From Nitrospirota bacterium (lineage in GTDB: Bacteria > Nitrospirota > UBA9217), in contig DASPSR010000024.1 in assembly GCA_035623825.1 (NCBI GenBank), positions 18,555 through 82,554 of the forward strand: a stretch of 64,000 nucleotides of DNA, in the 5' to 3' direction. The notes beneath the pieces are model-generated. The model was not told where the DNA came from. It worked only from the letters and a program-made list of their open reading frames with translations, and ran no database searches. Within the stretch, counting starts at the first letter, position 1. Every line of letters begins with the position of its first letter. The position numbers and the translations under genes were made by a program. This document shows, in pieces, positions 1 to 9,963 of the stretch.

Positions 1-547
1 ATTGTGTAGTGCTCTCGGGACAGACCTGCTTGGATCCGCTCGGCTCAACATTCCCTACTCCTGGCTCGATTGAGCCCTTGGACGCATTCGTTGAGGACCA
101 GGTCAGGGTTGCACACGTTCCTTGCTTTACAGAGGTCGGGTCGGCTGAAAAAGAGACCGTTGGGGCAGGTGGGGCGGGTTTCGGAGACGCTACTGCTACG
201 GCTGCTACTGCTGCTTTCGGACAAAGCGCGTTTATCTTGTCTATCCCATCCTGCGCCATAGCGATTGCTTCATTTGTATGGCATGCAATGTAGGTTGCAT
301 AGGCTTTGTCTACCGTATCCGCTGCGGATTTGAACTCTGCGGGGCACTCTTTGTCCTTCCCTGTCGCGCGGGCTTCGTCTACTTTTCGTGATGCTTCAGG
401 TAATGGCTTGTGAATAAACGTATATGGCATCTTTCTATCCCGCGGAGCTGTCTCCATATGAGCACAGCCAGCTATGAAACTGATTGTGAATATGACAATG
501 ACCGTCACTGCCACGTACACTAAAGAACGAAACAATCTGATACTCAT
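1..547 (-). CDS. Lipoprotein, 3' end runs off the window; probably OmpA-family with an Ig-like domain
   Basis: Manual translation from ATG at 547 (RBS AAGGAG): MSIRLFRSLVYVAVTVIVIFTISFIAGC (lipobox), Ala/Pro linker, then PTVSFSADPTSVKQGTCATLTWSSTNA..EPGVGNV. Frame is open to the window edge; the OmpA domain itself is not visible. Confidence 0.6.
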   Translation of the reverse strand, partial: MSIRLFRSLVYVAVTVIVIFTISFIAGCAHMETAPRDRKMPYTFIHKPLPEASRKVDEARATGKDKECPAEFKSAADTVDKAYATYIACHTNEAIAMAQDGIDKINALCPKAAVAAVAVASPKPAPPAPTVSFSADPTSVKQGTCATLTWSSTNASKGSIEPGVGNVEPSGSKQVCPESTTQ

Positions 548-1197
548 GGCGATACTCCTTTCTATGTTGCTTCTTTAGTTTCAGTTCATCCCGCTGCTCT
601 TACGAGCACATCTCTCTTCCTGTCCTGGTTCTGGCAGTGCCGGCGCCCTTCACCGCCGTAATGGGTATCTTGCAAGCATAGAATGACACTTCGGCAATCT
701 TAGCCTTATAAAATCCACAGCTTTCCTCCGCCCATCTCGTGAAGGGTTTGACTTTATCGCGATCGACTAATTGATGGATATTGCTAAAGTGAGTAATTTT
801 AGTATAACAGAGATCATGAGGAGCATCGATGATATAACGAGAGTATTTTAAGGCTATTGCACGTAATGGCAATAAGTTGCAACAAAATAAACAAGATTAT
901 CAAATGAAACATTGATTGTTGCCAAAGATAGGAACTTCAATGTTACAGCTTGCAATGCATGTTGAATGTGACTACTAAAAAGTGTGAATTTCCAACCCAT
1001 GAATTTTTATCGACACCACCTTGTTGTTAGGACGGCCCGTAAAAGTGACCGCGTATTGCCGGTTAAAATCAATCTTGTGATGATCTCGGGACTGCTACTG
1101 CCACCGCCTACTAAACACTTTCGTAGACTTGAAACCGTCTTAATTTATCGCTGTCGCACGAAACCATCCGGACTGCCAGTCCGGATCACGAACAATA

Positions 1198-1523
1198 TCA
1201 TGTGCATCCCGCTGGCTGAGAAACGCCTGAATATCGGCAGGCCCGTCTCATTGGAGAATTGGGGAATAAAGCATAGAGATACTTGATAGTGTACAGTTCG
1301 GCCCCTTCTGTTTTATTCAGTCCTTTAATGATGACCTTTGGCATAGGCACGGACTTATACCGCAGATATACTCTCTGATGAAACCGATCACCCGCCAATG
1401 CGTTTCCGAGAGCTCAAGACCGTCGAGCTCAGCGAGATGATCGGCAAGGTCCTCGGACCAGTCATTCTCATTCACCAGATGGCCATCCTCGTCCAGCGGA
1501 ATATGCTTCCCCCGAAAAAACAT
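1198..1523 (-). pseudogene. dsrC: TusE/DsrC-family sulfur carrier, frameshifted (pseudogene or sequencing error)
   Basis: N-half LDEDGHLVNENDWSEDLADHLAELDGLELSETHWRVIGFIREY and C-half YLYALFPNSPMRRACRYSGVSQPAGCT lie in different frames. Adding one base near 1366-1370 (GAGTATATCTG to GAG TAT TAT CTG) joins them. Confidence 0.8.
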
Positions 1524-1618
1524 CGTTCTCTTGTCAGGACCTCCCAAGGAATCGCAAATTCAACATAGAGCGCCGGTGAACCCAAAAACGATCAAACTGC
1601 TCTGCGGTTAAAGTGAGT

Positions 1619-1906
1619 TTACGTCTGTATGTTGTAGACTTCAAAGCTCTTCTCTTCTGCTGGCTTAGTGAAGCCGCCTTTTATGCCACGTTGCAGTCGA
1701 GGCATCAGGACGCCGTCACGGAACCGCTCCCAACTCTCCTTGGAGTCATGAATCGCAATCACTACCCAGCCACGTGCTGACGCGCCAGCCGCATGGAAGA
1801 TTTGGCCCTCCGGCAATTTGTCCCTGCTTGGATGAACTACCGCTAATGACGCCTCATACTGCTCCTTAGTACCGTCCGGAAAATAATGCACAATTCCGTA
1901 TGCCAT
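1619..1906 (-). CDS. Conserved small hypothetical protein (ABM/ferredoxin-like fold possible)
   Basis: 95-aa ORF with GAGGAG RBS; MAYGIVHYFPDGTKEQYEASL...HAAG...HDSKESWERF. Confidence 0.7.
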   Translation of the reverse strand: MAYGIVHYFPDGTKEQYEASLAVVHPSRDKLPEGQIFHAAGASARGWVVIAIHDSKESWERFRDGVLMPRLQRGIKGGFTKPAEEKSFEVYNIQT

Positions 1907-2257
1907 TTTCGTTCTCCTCTCATATTGGTGGGACCGTCTATTGCGACCCTCTTAGCACATTATATATTTAAAATAAGCTGATGCCAAGAGTGAGTACGCC
2001 GATATTACATGATGAATGATTGGATCAATATGTCAACCAGGTGTGCGACAACCCACCTGGGAGGAGGAAGTGATTTCCCACATAAGATTTGACGACTTCA
2101 GAAGGGAATATTACGTTATTGGCACTATATTGCATAATGACAACTATTGTGGATTACAGGAAGTATGTCTCGGCGATAGTTACAACCGAAAAATAATAAT
2201 TCAAATCAAAACGTGCATGCCTGGCATTTCGGGCACGTTGAGCGAACGAGGTCATGC

Positions 2258-4096
2258 TCAGATTTTCAGAATCTGCGTCTCCATTGGTAACAAGGTGACG
2301 CGAACCGTATTGACCGGCCCCGCTCCCGTGGTCCCGTTCACTTCGGCCACCTTGATTTGGTTCAGAGACCGTACAGGATCCGGAGGCGCTGGAGTCGGCT
2401 TGTTGCTGTAAAGCACCCGGAGATTGTCGCCGGGCGAGCTCAATGTTCTTTCCAGAATCACATCCACGGACAGGCTCTGCACAGTGTTCGTGTTGGCCGC
2501 AATCAGAACCTCCTGATCATTCAGAATGCGCGACCATGCCAACATCCCGCCGGGATACGGTGAGATCCCGAAGTTGACGCTGTCGCCGGAAATCGGGCGG
2601 AAATAGAATCGCCCGTAGCGAAGGGCAGGTTCAGAGTTCCGCACGGCGACAATTTTTTGAATTTCCGAATAAAAGAAGCTGTCTTGAGGAAACTTCGGCG
2701 CGATGCCCCACAGCGCTTCACGCACGGCCGGATCAGTGCCGCTGCCGTGCAAACCCTGCTCCGTACCGTAATAAAGGCAGGGAACGCCGGGTAATGAACA
2801 GAGGCACGCGAAGCCCATCGATACCTGATCGTTGTACAGATTCTCTTCACCCGGTTGAATATACCGGATTCGTGCCTTCATGTCATGGTTGTCAAGAAAC
2901 GTAACAAAAAAACGCGAGGCATCCCCGTGAGAACTGAGAATATATTGCTCGACCTGTTTACGAAGGTTATATACGCCGACCACCGCCGCAGGAGCGCATA
3001 ATCCCTTCACTGTCGGCGTGAGGACATTAAACAGCGGATAATCCAAAGCCGCGTCCACGCCCACCAGGCTACTGGAGTCGCTGCCGGTGGTCGTGTTTCT
3101 TCCGATGAAGCGCGCGATGTCGGCCTCTTCGGTGCTGTCCAACACCTCGCCGAATGTAAAAAAGTTTTTCTTACCGATGCTCAGGGCGAACTCGCGCATG
3201 GAATTACCGAAGAGTTGGGGCAAATTGCCGCCAAGATATCGGAGGGTGTCTATTCTAAATCCGTCGATGTCATAACGGGCGATGACATATTGATAGGCTC
3301 GGATCAAAAAACCCTGCAAATCGGGGTCTGCTGTCACCATTTGTTTCAATGAAGCAAAGTCGCCCACCGTGTCCACTCCTTCCGGATCGGGCATCCCCTG
3401 GCGGCGGAAATATTGATTCTGCTGAAGTTCCGCCGGCCAGACTACGCCGTCCGCCGGCGGAGTCGGAATGGCGGCAACATCAGCCCACTGTGACTGGGCA
3501 TTTCCGTTGGCATCGCGCCATTGCACAGCAATCGGCACACTCGAAAACGGCGCTGTGGAATTGCCCGCGTAGGCAAAGGCGTCGCCCGTGTGGTTGAGCA
3601 CAATGTCGAGAATCACGTAGAGCCCGGCTTGGTGGGCGGCGTCCACCAAGGCGCGCAATTCGTCGTCGGCATTGGCTGGATCAGCCGCAAAGAGCGGCTC
3701 TGCACGAAGAAAATCATGGATGCCGTACCCGTGATAGCTGCCTGCGTCAAAGGGGAGATTTTTTAATACTGGGCTGAGCCAAATGGCGCCGGCTCCCATG
3801 CTCTTGATGTAGGAGAGTTGCTGCTGAACGCCGGCGAATTTGCCGCCCTGATACTGGCCATAATTCGGGTCGTCATAGGGCTGGTGCACTGGCGGCGCGG
3901 CTGGATTATTGAACCGGTCTACCATGAGAAAGTAGATCACTTGATCCCGCCAATCCGCGGGCGATGGAAACGGCCCGTTCGCCCGTCCAACAGCCGACTC
4001 TGCGTTGTCCAGAACCGCTTGGACTTCTGGAGCAAAAAGCGATGTGAACATGATGCCTCCTGATTTAATCGCCGGCTGAGAGGGCACTGTTTTCAC
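2258..4096 (-). CDS. Alpha-amylase family glycoside hydrolase (GH13)
   Basis: GH13 motifs IYFLMVDRF, YHGY, DIVLNH, GFRIDT, GEV, FLDNHD, YYGTEQG; true start may be MFTSLF at ~4052. Confidence 0.92.
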   Translation of the reverse strand: MKTVPSQPAIKSGGIMFTSLFAPEVQAVLDNAESAVGRANGPFPSPADWRDQVIYFLMVDRFNNPAAPPVHQPYDDPNYGQYQGGKFAGVQQQLSYIKSMGAGAIWLSPVLKNLPFDAGSYHGYGIHDFLRAEPLFAADPANADDELRALVDAAHQAGLYVILDIVLNHTGDAFAYAGNSTAPFSSVPIAVQWRDANGNAQSQWADVAAIPTPPADGVVWPAELQQNQYFRRQGMPDPEGVDTVGDFASLKQMVTADPDLQGFLIRAYQYVIARYDIDGFRIDTLRYLGGNLPQLFGNSMREFALSIGKKNFFTFGEVLDSTEEADIARFIGRNTTTGSDSSSLVGVDAALDYPLFNVLTPTVKGLCAPAAVVGVYNLRKQVEQYILSSHGDASRFFVTFLDNHDMKARIRYIQPGEENLYNDQVSMGFACLCSLPGVPCLYYGTEQGLHGSGTDPAVREALWGIAPKFPQDSFFYSEIQKIVAVRNSEPALRYGRFYFRPISGDSVNFGISPYPGGMLAWSRILNDQEVLIAANTNTVQSLSVDVILERTLSSPGDNLRVLYSNKPTPAPPDPVRSLNQIKVAEVNGTTGAGPVNTVRVTLLPMETQILKI

Positions 4097-4194
4097 GACT
4101 CTCTCGAGCCGAATGGGTAGAATTAGTGGATTACAGCGTTCTGTTCGTCCGCGTCATCGTGAAGGAGAATAGATCTGGCAATTTAAGCATTCTA

Positions 4195-5517
4195 TTACAG
4201 CTGCGGCTTGGCATTGATTTTTTTCAATCTGCGGTAGAGAGTGGCGCGGGATATGCGCAAATGACGGGCGGCCTCGTTCACATCCTGACCGAACCGCTGG
4301 AGCGTGGCCAAGATGTGAGCATCTTCGACCTGACTCAGCGTAGTCGAACAGATTTCATCAGTATCAGCCCGAAGGCTCAGACCTGCGAAATGCATGGGCG
4401 TTAATGGCCCTCCGCGAGAGAGCATCAGTGCTCGCTCCAAAACATTTCTAAGTTCCCTGATATTGCCCGGCCAAGGGTATGTCGCAAGCAATTGCAGTAC
4501 GTCATCTCCGACGTCCACCTGCATGGCCCTCAAGCTTTTGAGCAGATGATGGATTAGTCCTGGCAGGTCATCGAGCCGGTCACGAATAGGCGGGATGTGT
4601 ATCGTGAGCAGGTTCACGCGGAAATAGAGATCCTTGCGAAAAGCGCCCTGCTGAATCGCCGCGCCAAGGTCTCGGTTTGTCGCGCAGATGAGGCGGAAAT
4701 CGCTTTTGCGCTGCTTCACGTCACCGAGCCTTCGAAATCGCTTATCCTCGAGGACCTTGAGAAAGGCAGCCTGGACACCAACGTCCATGTCCCCAATTTC
4801 ATCGAGGAACAGGGTCCCGTTGTTCGCGATGTCGAGCAGGCCCTGCCGGTCCAGGTCCGCTGACGTAAAAGCTCCGCGCACATTACCGAACAATTCCCGG
4901 GCAAGCAGTTCACCTCGCAGAGCAGAGCAGTTCACATCCACAAACTCGTCTTTCGCTCGGTCGCCCCGGTCGTGGATCCATTTCGCCAGCAAACCCTTTC
5001 CGGTGCCCGTCTCCCCCGTTATCAATACAGGCTTGTCGGTCTCAGCTGCAATCTGTGCAAGCTCGGCGACCTTTCGTATGATCAGGTTTTCCCCGAAATG
5101 GATAACCTCCCTCTTTTCGAGCCGCTGACGCGACGACGAAACCTTCTTAAGTGAACCGAGTTCCAATGTTTTCTTAAGAAATACGTCTAGGCTGGCCATA
5201 TCCACTGGCTTGGTCAGAAAATTGTCCGCACCTCTGCGCATGGCATCCACAGCAATGGGAATCTCGCTCGATCCGGTAATAACGATAATCGGTGTTTCCG
5301 GCGACGTCTGCCTGATATAATCGATAAAATCAAGGCCATTCCCGTCAGGCAGGTTCAGGTCCAGGAGGATGGCGTCGAACGTCTGCGATGCCGAAGCACT
5401 CCTTCCCCCGGCAAGATCGCCGGTTTCCGTGATTTCATAGCCGACGTTCGACAGATACTTGGCGAATCCGAAGCGCGTGCCGGCCTCATCATCTATCAAT
5501 AGTATCTGCGGTTTCAT
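4195..5517 (-). CDS. Sigma54-dependent response regulator (NtrC family: receiver, AAA+, HTH)
   Basis: ILLIDDE receiver, GETGTGK, GAFTSA (variant of GAFTGA), LFLDEIG, WPGNIREL, C-terminal ISRATLYRRL. Confidence 0.95.
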   Translation of the reverse strand: MKPQILLIDDEAGTRFGFAKYLSNVGYEITETGDLAGGRSASASQTFDAILLDLNLPDGNGLDFIDYIRQTSPETPIIVITGSSEIPIAVDAMRRGADNFLTKPVDMASLDVFLKKTLELGSLKKVSSSRQRLEKREVIHFGENLIIRKVAELAQIAAETDKPVLITGETGTGKGLLAKWIHDRGDRAKDEFVDVNCSALRGELLARELFGNVRGAFTSADLDRQGLLDIANNGTLFLDEIGDMDVGVQAAFLKVLEDKRFRRLGDVKQRKSDFRLICATNRDLGAAIQQGAFRKDLYFRVNLLTIHIPPIRDRLDDLPGLIHHLLKSLRAMQVDVGDDVLQLLATYPWPGNIRELRNVLERALMLSRGGPLTPMHFAGLSLRADTDEICSTTLSQVEDAHILATLQRFGQDVNEAARHLRISRATLYRRLKKINAKPQL

Positions 5518-7646
5518 ACCGGTGCACCTTTGTCAATATTGAGCTTAATTTCAGCAGTACAGCCAGGCTGCTCGTCATTGTTCAGGACCCTAACGACACC
5601 TCCCATGTTTTCCACGATGTGCCTGACAATACTGAGGCCGAGTCCGATGCCCCCCTTCCTGGTTGTAAAGAACGGATCGAAGATCCGGTTGATCTTCTCC
5701 GTCGGGATTCCCATCCCTTTGTCCGTGATTTGAATCATCGCCTGGTTATCCGGGGTCTCTACGATTCTGACATCGATCGCGCTTTCAAGAGGGCTGTGCT
5801 GGGCCGCATTGTCCAGCAAATTGATCAGAACCTGCTGAAAACGCACGATGTCGACAAGCACGATCGGCCCTTCACAACTGCAGTCGAAAAGGACCCGAAC
5901 AGGATGGCCTACGGCGGTATCCGTTGACGCCCAGATATTCAGTATCTCCTGACACGTTTGGTGCAGGGGGACGGCGTTCATGTTAGAAGACACAATCGGC
6001 TTTCCCAGCTCCAGCAAATCCTTCATCAGATTGGACAGACGATTAACCTGTATCCGTATGTGCCTGATATAGGGTTCATAACTGCTGTTATCCTTTATCT
6101 CCGGTTCATTGAACAGTGCTTCACTGATCGAGAGGATTGCGTTGAGAGGGTTTCGCACCTCGTGGGCAACACCTCCCGCAAGACGACCGATTGCCTCAAG
6201 CGTCTGCGCCTCTCTGAGCTTCTTCTCAAGGACCGACAGCTCCGTAATGTCGCTGATCGTATGGACAATATGATGGATGCGGCCGTCCTCATTCAGGATT
6301 GGATCTGCAGTAACCAGATTGGTCCGACCCGCCATGGCAAGAACCATGGACTCCCGTTTCCCCGTTTTCAGCATACGCTGTGTAGGGCATCCCTCGATGG
6401 GGCAATTCGTCCCGTGGACGAGTTCCCAACAGTGTCTGCCGATGATATGCTGGTAAGGCATCCCCATTAGGTCCCGCACAGCCTTGTTGCAGCGGATGAC
6501 CCGTTGGTCACGATCCAGAATCATGATGCAGTCCTTTATGGCGTCAAAGGTGCTTTTCCATTCCGTTGCCGCGGCCTCGATCTTCTGCGCCATTTCCTTT
6601 CGGTCGGTGATGTCATGGGCCACATAGACCATCCCGATGGGAGATCCGTTTGAATGATCCGTCAGTTGTGAAGTGGACACATTTACATGGACCTGCCGCC
6701 CGTCCCATCTGCACCAGCACAACTCGGAGCAGTTGATGCTCATGCCTTCGTCGATACCCCGATCGAGCCCTGCGTGGGCCGTCAAAAGCTCTGATAAACC
6801 CCTACCAAGCAGAGTGTTCTGAGGATACCCCAGCATGTCCTGGGCTGCACGGTTCAAGACCCGGATTTTACCGTCGAGATCTACGACGATAACCGCACTC
6901 TGCATGGTCTCAAGAATCTGGTTCGTGGCGAGTTCGGGAGTGATGTCCACCAGACGATACCGCATAATCACGAACGCTATGCCGGCCGTATAGCATGCTA
7001 TGGGCACATATCCGAATGGGTACACTCTAGCACCCAAACCGGGGAGAAAATCAACTATTCCCAGAAGGCCGATACAGAAGGACAGGAATATCCACCTCAT
7101 CCTGTTTTTGTTCCTCTCGTCGCGGCTCCCTGTATACGCACGCCAGTAAAGCTGAAGAATCGCAAAAGCAACAACAAGGAAATAAAAGATGAATATCAAG
7201 GCTAGCGGCCCGAACCAAGAGCTATCGCCTCTCGGGAAAATGCGGGGTGTGGTTACCAGGAAGGCGTCCGAATATATGACGCTAACGGAGAACAGGATCG
7301 CCAGAATGAACGTTGCGGTAATGGCAATCTGGTATCGCTTGATCCGGTTCAGGATGGCTGTGGCCAGCAGAAACTCGGTCGAAGGCATAAACACAGTGCT
7401 TATTAATGCTCCCCGCATCCACCAGACCATGGTGTCCTGGTCAGAGCTCAAGTATACCAGGCCCATGAATAGCATATATAAGCCCATGCTCAGGCTTGTG
7501 AGCGGATAAATGAATCTGATGCGTATATACCGCTCCCGGACCATGACGAAGGCGCCCAGTCCGATGATAAAGACTGCAACAACAAATTGGGGGATTGCGA
7601 GAAAGCTGAAGTGGTATTGATCGTGGTTGAAGACATGCTGAACCAT
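5514..7646 (-). CDS. Membrane sensor histidine kinase (7TM-type N-terminus, two PAS domains)
   Basis: Multiple TM helices, PAS segments, AHEVRNPL H-box, NLLDNA N-box, DKGMG and GIGLGL G-boxes; overlaps the start of the bEBP gene. Confidence 0.95.
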   Translation of the reverse strand: MVQHVFNHDQYHFSFLAIPQFVVAVFIIGLGAFVMVRERYIRIRFIYPLTSLSMGLYMLFMGLVYLSSDQDTMVWWMRGALISTVFMPSTEFLLATAILNRIKRYQIAITATFILAILFSVSVIYSDAFLVTTPRIFPRGDSSWFGPLALIFIFYFLVVAFAILQLYWRAYTGSRDERNKNRMRWIFLSFCIGLLGIVDFLPGLGARVYPFGYVPIACYTAGIAFVIMRYRLVDITPELATNQILETMQSAVIVVDLDGKIRVLNRAAQDMLGYPQNTLLGRGLSELLTAHAGLDRGIDEGMSINCSELCWCRWDGRQVHVNVSTSQLTDHSNGSPIGMVYVAHDITDRKEMAQKIEAAATEWKSTFDAIKDCIMILDRDQRVIRCNKAVRDLMGMPYQHIIGRHCWELVHGTNCPIEGCPTQRMLKTGKRESMVLAMAGRTNLVTADPILNEDGRIHHIVHTISDITELSVLEKKLREAQTLEAIGRLAGGVAHEVRNPLNAILSISEALFNEPEIKDNSSYEPYIRHIRIQVNRLSNLMKDLLELGKPIVSSNMNAVPLHQTCQEILNIWASTDTAVGHPVRVLFDCSCEGPIVLVDIVRFQQVLINLLDNAAQHSPLESAIDVRIVETPDNQAMIQITDKGMGIPTEKINRIFDPFFTTRKGGIGLGLSIVRHIVENMGGVVRVLNNDEQPGCTAEIKLNIDKGAPV

Positions 7647-7856
7647 AAAATGCGCTCCTGCTTCTGCAGACTGCCGTTCTCAGGACGTCTATTCGTCGTC
7701 GGTGTATGCAATTATTATATGCATATGTCCCCTTGCCCGCAAGGACAAACATCTCTTCAGCACTGAAACGTAATCTGCAACTATCTGCGCTTGCTCTTTA
7801 TCTAAATGCCACCTGAGATGGTCCCATACATGAGCCTCCGCCTGATTTTGAAATGA

Positions 7857-8714
7857 TCAGAATTTGAACTCCCATTCCGGGGTCACGCCGGCCTTCTTCA
7901 GTATAGCAAGGGTATACTTAAAGTCGTCCTCAGTTGTCCTGATGAACTCGCTGATTTTAAGCGACTCCTGAGCAGCGACTGCCTCATGGGAGCTGTCATC
8001 CTTGATGGCAAGCAACACACCGCTGACCCTCTGTACCATCGCAGGGTTCATCTTCTTGGAAACAATCAGCGTTCCGTCAGGGTTCTGCCCCTTGTCCTCG
8101 TGAATCATTTCAAGCTGAGGGTATTTTCCCTTTTCCTTGTTCCAAACATGATTCTTAACAATTGCTACGTCCGCATCGCCTCGTGCTAACGACTCCAGGG
8201 CTGCGCCGTGATTTGCGGCCATTATTATAAGGCTGGGCTTGGACAGCCCCAACGACCGGAAATAAATCTCGCCAGCCGACGCCAACGGGGCGAAAATCAC
8301 TTTTTTCCCGTTGAAGTAGTCCGCTTTTCCTGAATACTTTGGACTGTTTTTGGGCGCCACTATCACGGCTGCGTACGTGCTCGTGCCGTCCAGATTTACG
8401 GGCCTCACCACCGGGTACGCCAGGCCCTTGATAATCATGGTGCCTGCCACACCGGAACCGCTGAACATGGCGTCAACCTTCCCGGTGGCGAACATCGTTG
8501 CCGCCGCCCCGTAATCCGGAACGGTTTGAAATGTGGCCGAGATCCCCTTTTTACCCAGATACTCCAGCAGCGGCAGATACTTTTTGCCTTCGCCTGCCTG
8601 TGCCAGTTGAAGAGCGATAGTAAGATCCGCGGCTCGGCTCGTACCCGCCATAATACAAACCATTAAAACAACCGAAGATAATGCTGAAACCAATTTTTCG
8701 ATATTCATCTCCAT
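7857..8714 (-). CDS. PhnD/phosphate-phosphonate-type periplasmic substrate-binding protein
   Basis: Signal peptide; Y.AVIVAPK, SAGEIY, ANHGAALESLARGDADVAIV patterns typical of PhnD-like proteins; no permease nearby. Confidence 0.75.
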   Translation of the reverse strand: MEMNIEKLVSALSSVVLMVCIMAGTSRAADLTIALQLAQAGEGKKYLPLLEYLGKKGISATFQTVPDYGAAATMFATGKVDAMFSGSGVAGTMIIKGLAYPVVRPVNLDGTSTYAAVIVAPKNSPKYSGKADYFNGKKVIFAPLASAGEIYFRSLGLSKPSLIIMAANHGAALESLARGDADVAIVKNHVWNKEKGKYPQLEMIHEDKGQNPDGTLIVSKKMNPAMVQRVSGVLLAIKDDSSHEAVAAQESLKISEFIRTTEDDFKYTLAILKKAGVTPEWEFKF

Positions 8715-8744
8715 ACCTCCTCTATTGCATTGTGTCGTCTTTCA

Positions 8745-9152
8745 TCACATTTTCATCTTGAGATACATACCAAGGGCTCTGTCGGAATATTTTATATGAT
8801 TGACCAGCCAGTCCACCACGACCTGTCTGGCGTCCTCTGCAAGAGACGCATTGATGCCTTCTATCATGATCCTGTCCTTCATCCTCAGAAAGGTCCTAAC
8901 GAACTGCTCGTGCTGCGCCTTGTGGTTGCTCATGCTGGGATAGTTATAGACTGCCATATAGTTTTCTTCTGTCCCGAAATGGAATACTACATAATCGGCC
9001 AAGTACTGGATGATCGAGCTCACTTCCTGTCGCGCGACAGCGCCCTGCTGAAAGGCATCAAGCAGCCTGTTCACCCGCCCGATGAGTTCCTGATGTTGCG
9101 TATCGATTATCTGAGCACCTGAGGATAAATTATCATTCCACTGCATCAACAT
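8745..9152 (-). CDS. Bacteriohemerythrin
   Basis: W..LSSG..IIDTQHQEL, HFGTEE.YM, YP...HKAQH, WL.NHI..SD iron-ligand motifs. Confidence 0.95.
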   Translation of the reverse strand: MLMQWNDNLSSGAQIIDTQHQELIGRVNRLLDAFQQGAVARQEVSSIIQYLADYVVFHFGTEENYMAVYNYPSMSNHKAQHEQFVRTFLRMKDRIMIEGINASLAEDARQVVVDWLVNHIKYSDRALGMYLKMKM

Positions 9153-9173
9153 ATTTCGTGCCTCCCCTATGGA

Positions 9174-9593
9174 TCATGTCTGATCTATAATTAGCAATTT
9201 CCGCAGGGCGTCGAACATGTCCGTTGGATGAACTGGCTTTTCAAAATAGAAAGATGCCCCCAGGTCAAAAGCTTTTGCCTTCACCTGTTCGCTACCGTAA
9301 CCTGTGATAAGGATAACCTTTGTACTTGGCTGCAGACGACGAATGCATCTCATGATCTCCATCCCCTCTTCACTTCCCTCGCCAGTCAGCCTGAGGTCGG
9401 TGATCACGAGGTCAAAAAATCTTGCAGCTATCCGTTCCAGAGCATGATCGAGCGTTTCGCATGCATGGATCATGATGGATGCGTGCTGTTTAAACAGCAT
9501 CTTGTAGGCGAACAGAGTTGCTGCATCATCGTCGATTACCAAAACATGCTTTGTCTTCAGCGCTTGCATTTTAATGCTGATTCCCACGTTCAA
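9174..9593 (-). CDS. Single-domain response regulator
   Basis: VLVIDDD, DLVITD, ITGY, EKPV receiver motifs. Confidence 0.9.
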   Translation of the reverse strand: MNVGISIKMQALKTKHVLVIDDDAATLFAYKMLFKQHASIMIHACETLDHALERIAARFFDLVITDLRLTGEGSEEGMEIMRCIRRLQPSTKVILITGYGSEQVKAKAFDLGASFYFEKPVHPTDMFDALRKLLIIDQT

Positions 9594-9622
9594 GCTCCTT
9601 CGTTTTGCTCTGGTTTAAATAA

Positions 9623-9638
9623 TTCAAGTACTGTGCCA
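9623..9638 (-). promoter_or_regulatory. Putative sigma54 -24/-12 promoter
   Basis: Minus strand TGGCAC-AGTAC-TTGAA, correct spacing, ~30 bp upstream of the operon that encodes its own bEBP. Confidence 0.65.
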
Positions 9639-9699
9639 GAGATGCTTGAAAACATACAATTGAAATCTATGGGGAATTTAATTGATCCTCGGCGGGATA

Positions 9700-9732
9700 G
9701 TCTCATAATGAGACAAGTTGTCTCATATTTGC
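9700..9732. promoter_or_regulatory. Putative bEBP enhancer (UAS): inverted repeat plus a second half-copy
   Basis: GTCTCATAATGAGAC (9700-9714) followed by GTCTCATATTTGC, ~60-95 bp upstream of the sigma54 site. Confidence 0.55.
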
Positions 9733-9963
9733 TTAGGAGCAATCTCCGTTGATATGTTGAGGGGAAAGACTTGCTGCTCTAGATGGGTCAATTTTATTTG
9801 GAGTTAAATAACATGAATACCATGATCGAAAAACAGCCTATATAGGGGCAAGCACAGGGCGGTGCTCTTGGCACTCTTTGGGCTCATGCGATTGAAATTT
9901 ACCGGGTAGCCACCATAGCGTGGGTTAAGACATTGATCAGCAATAGACGATAGTCTCACCGGT

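Noticed and set aside
988-1032. Possible attC remnant (TTCCAAC...GTTAGGA)
   Set aside because: No convincing internal inverted repeat between the cores.
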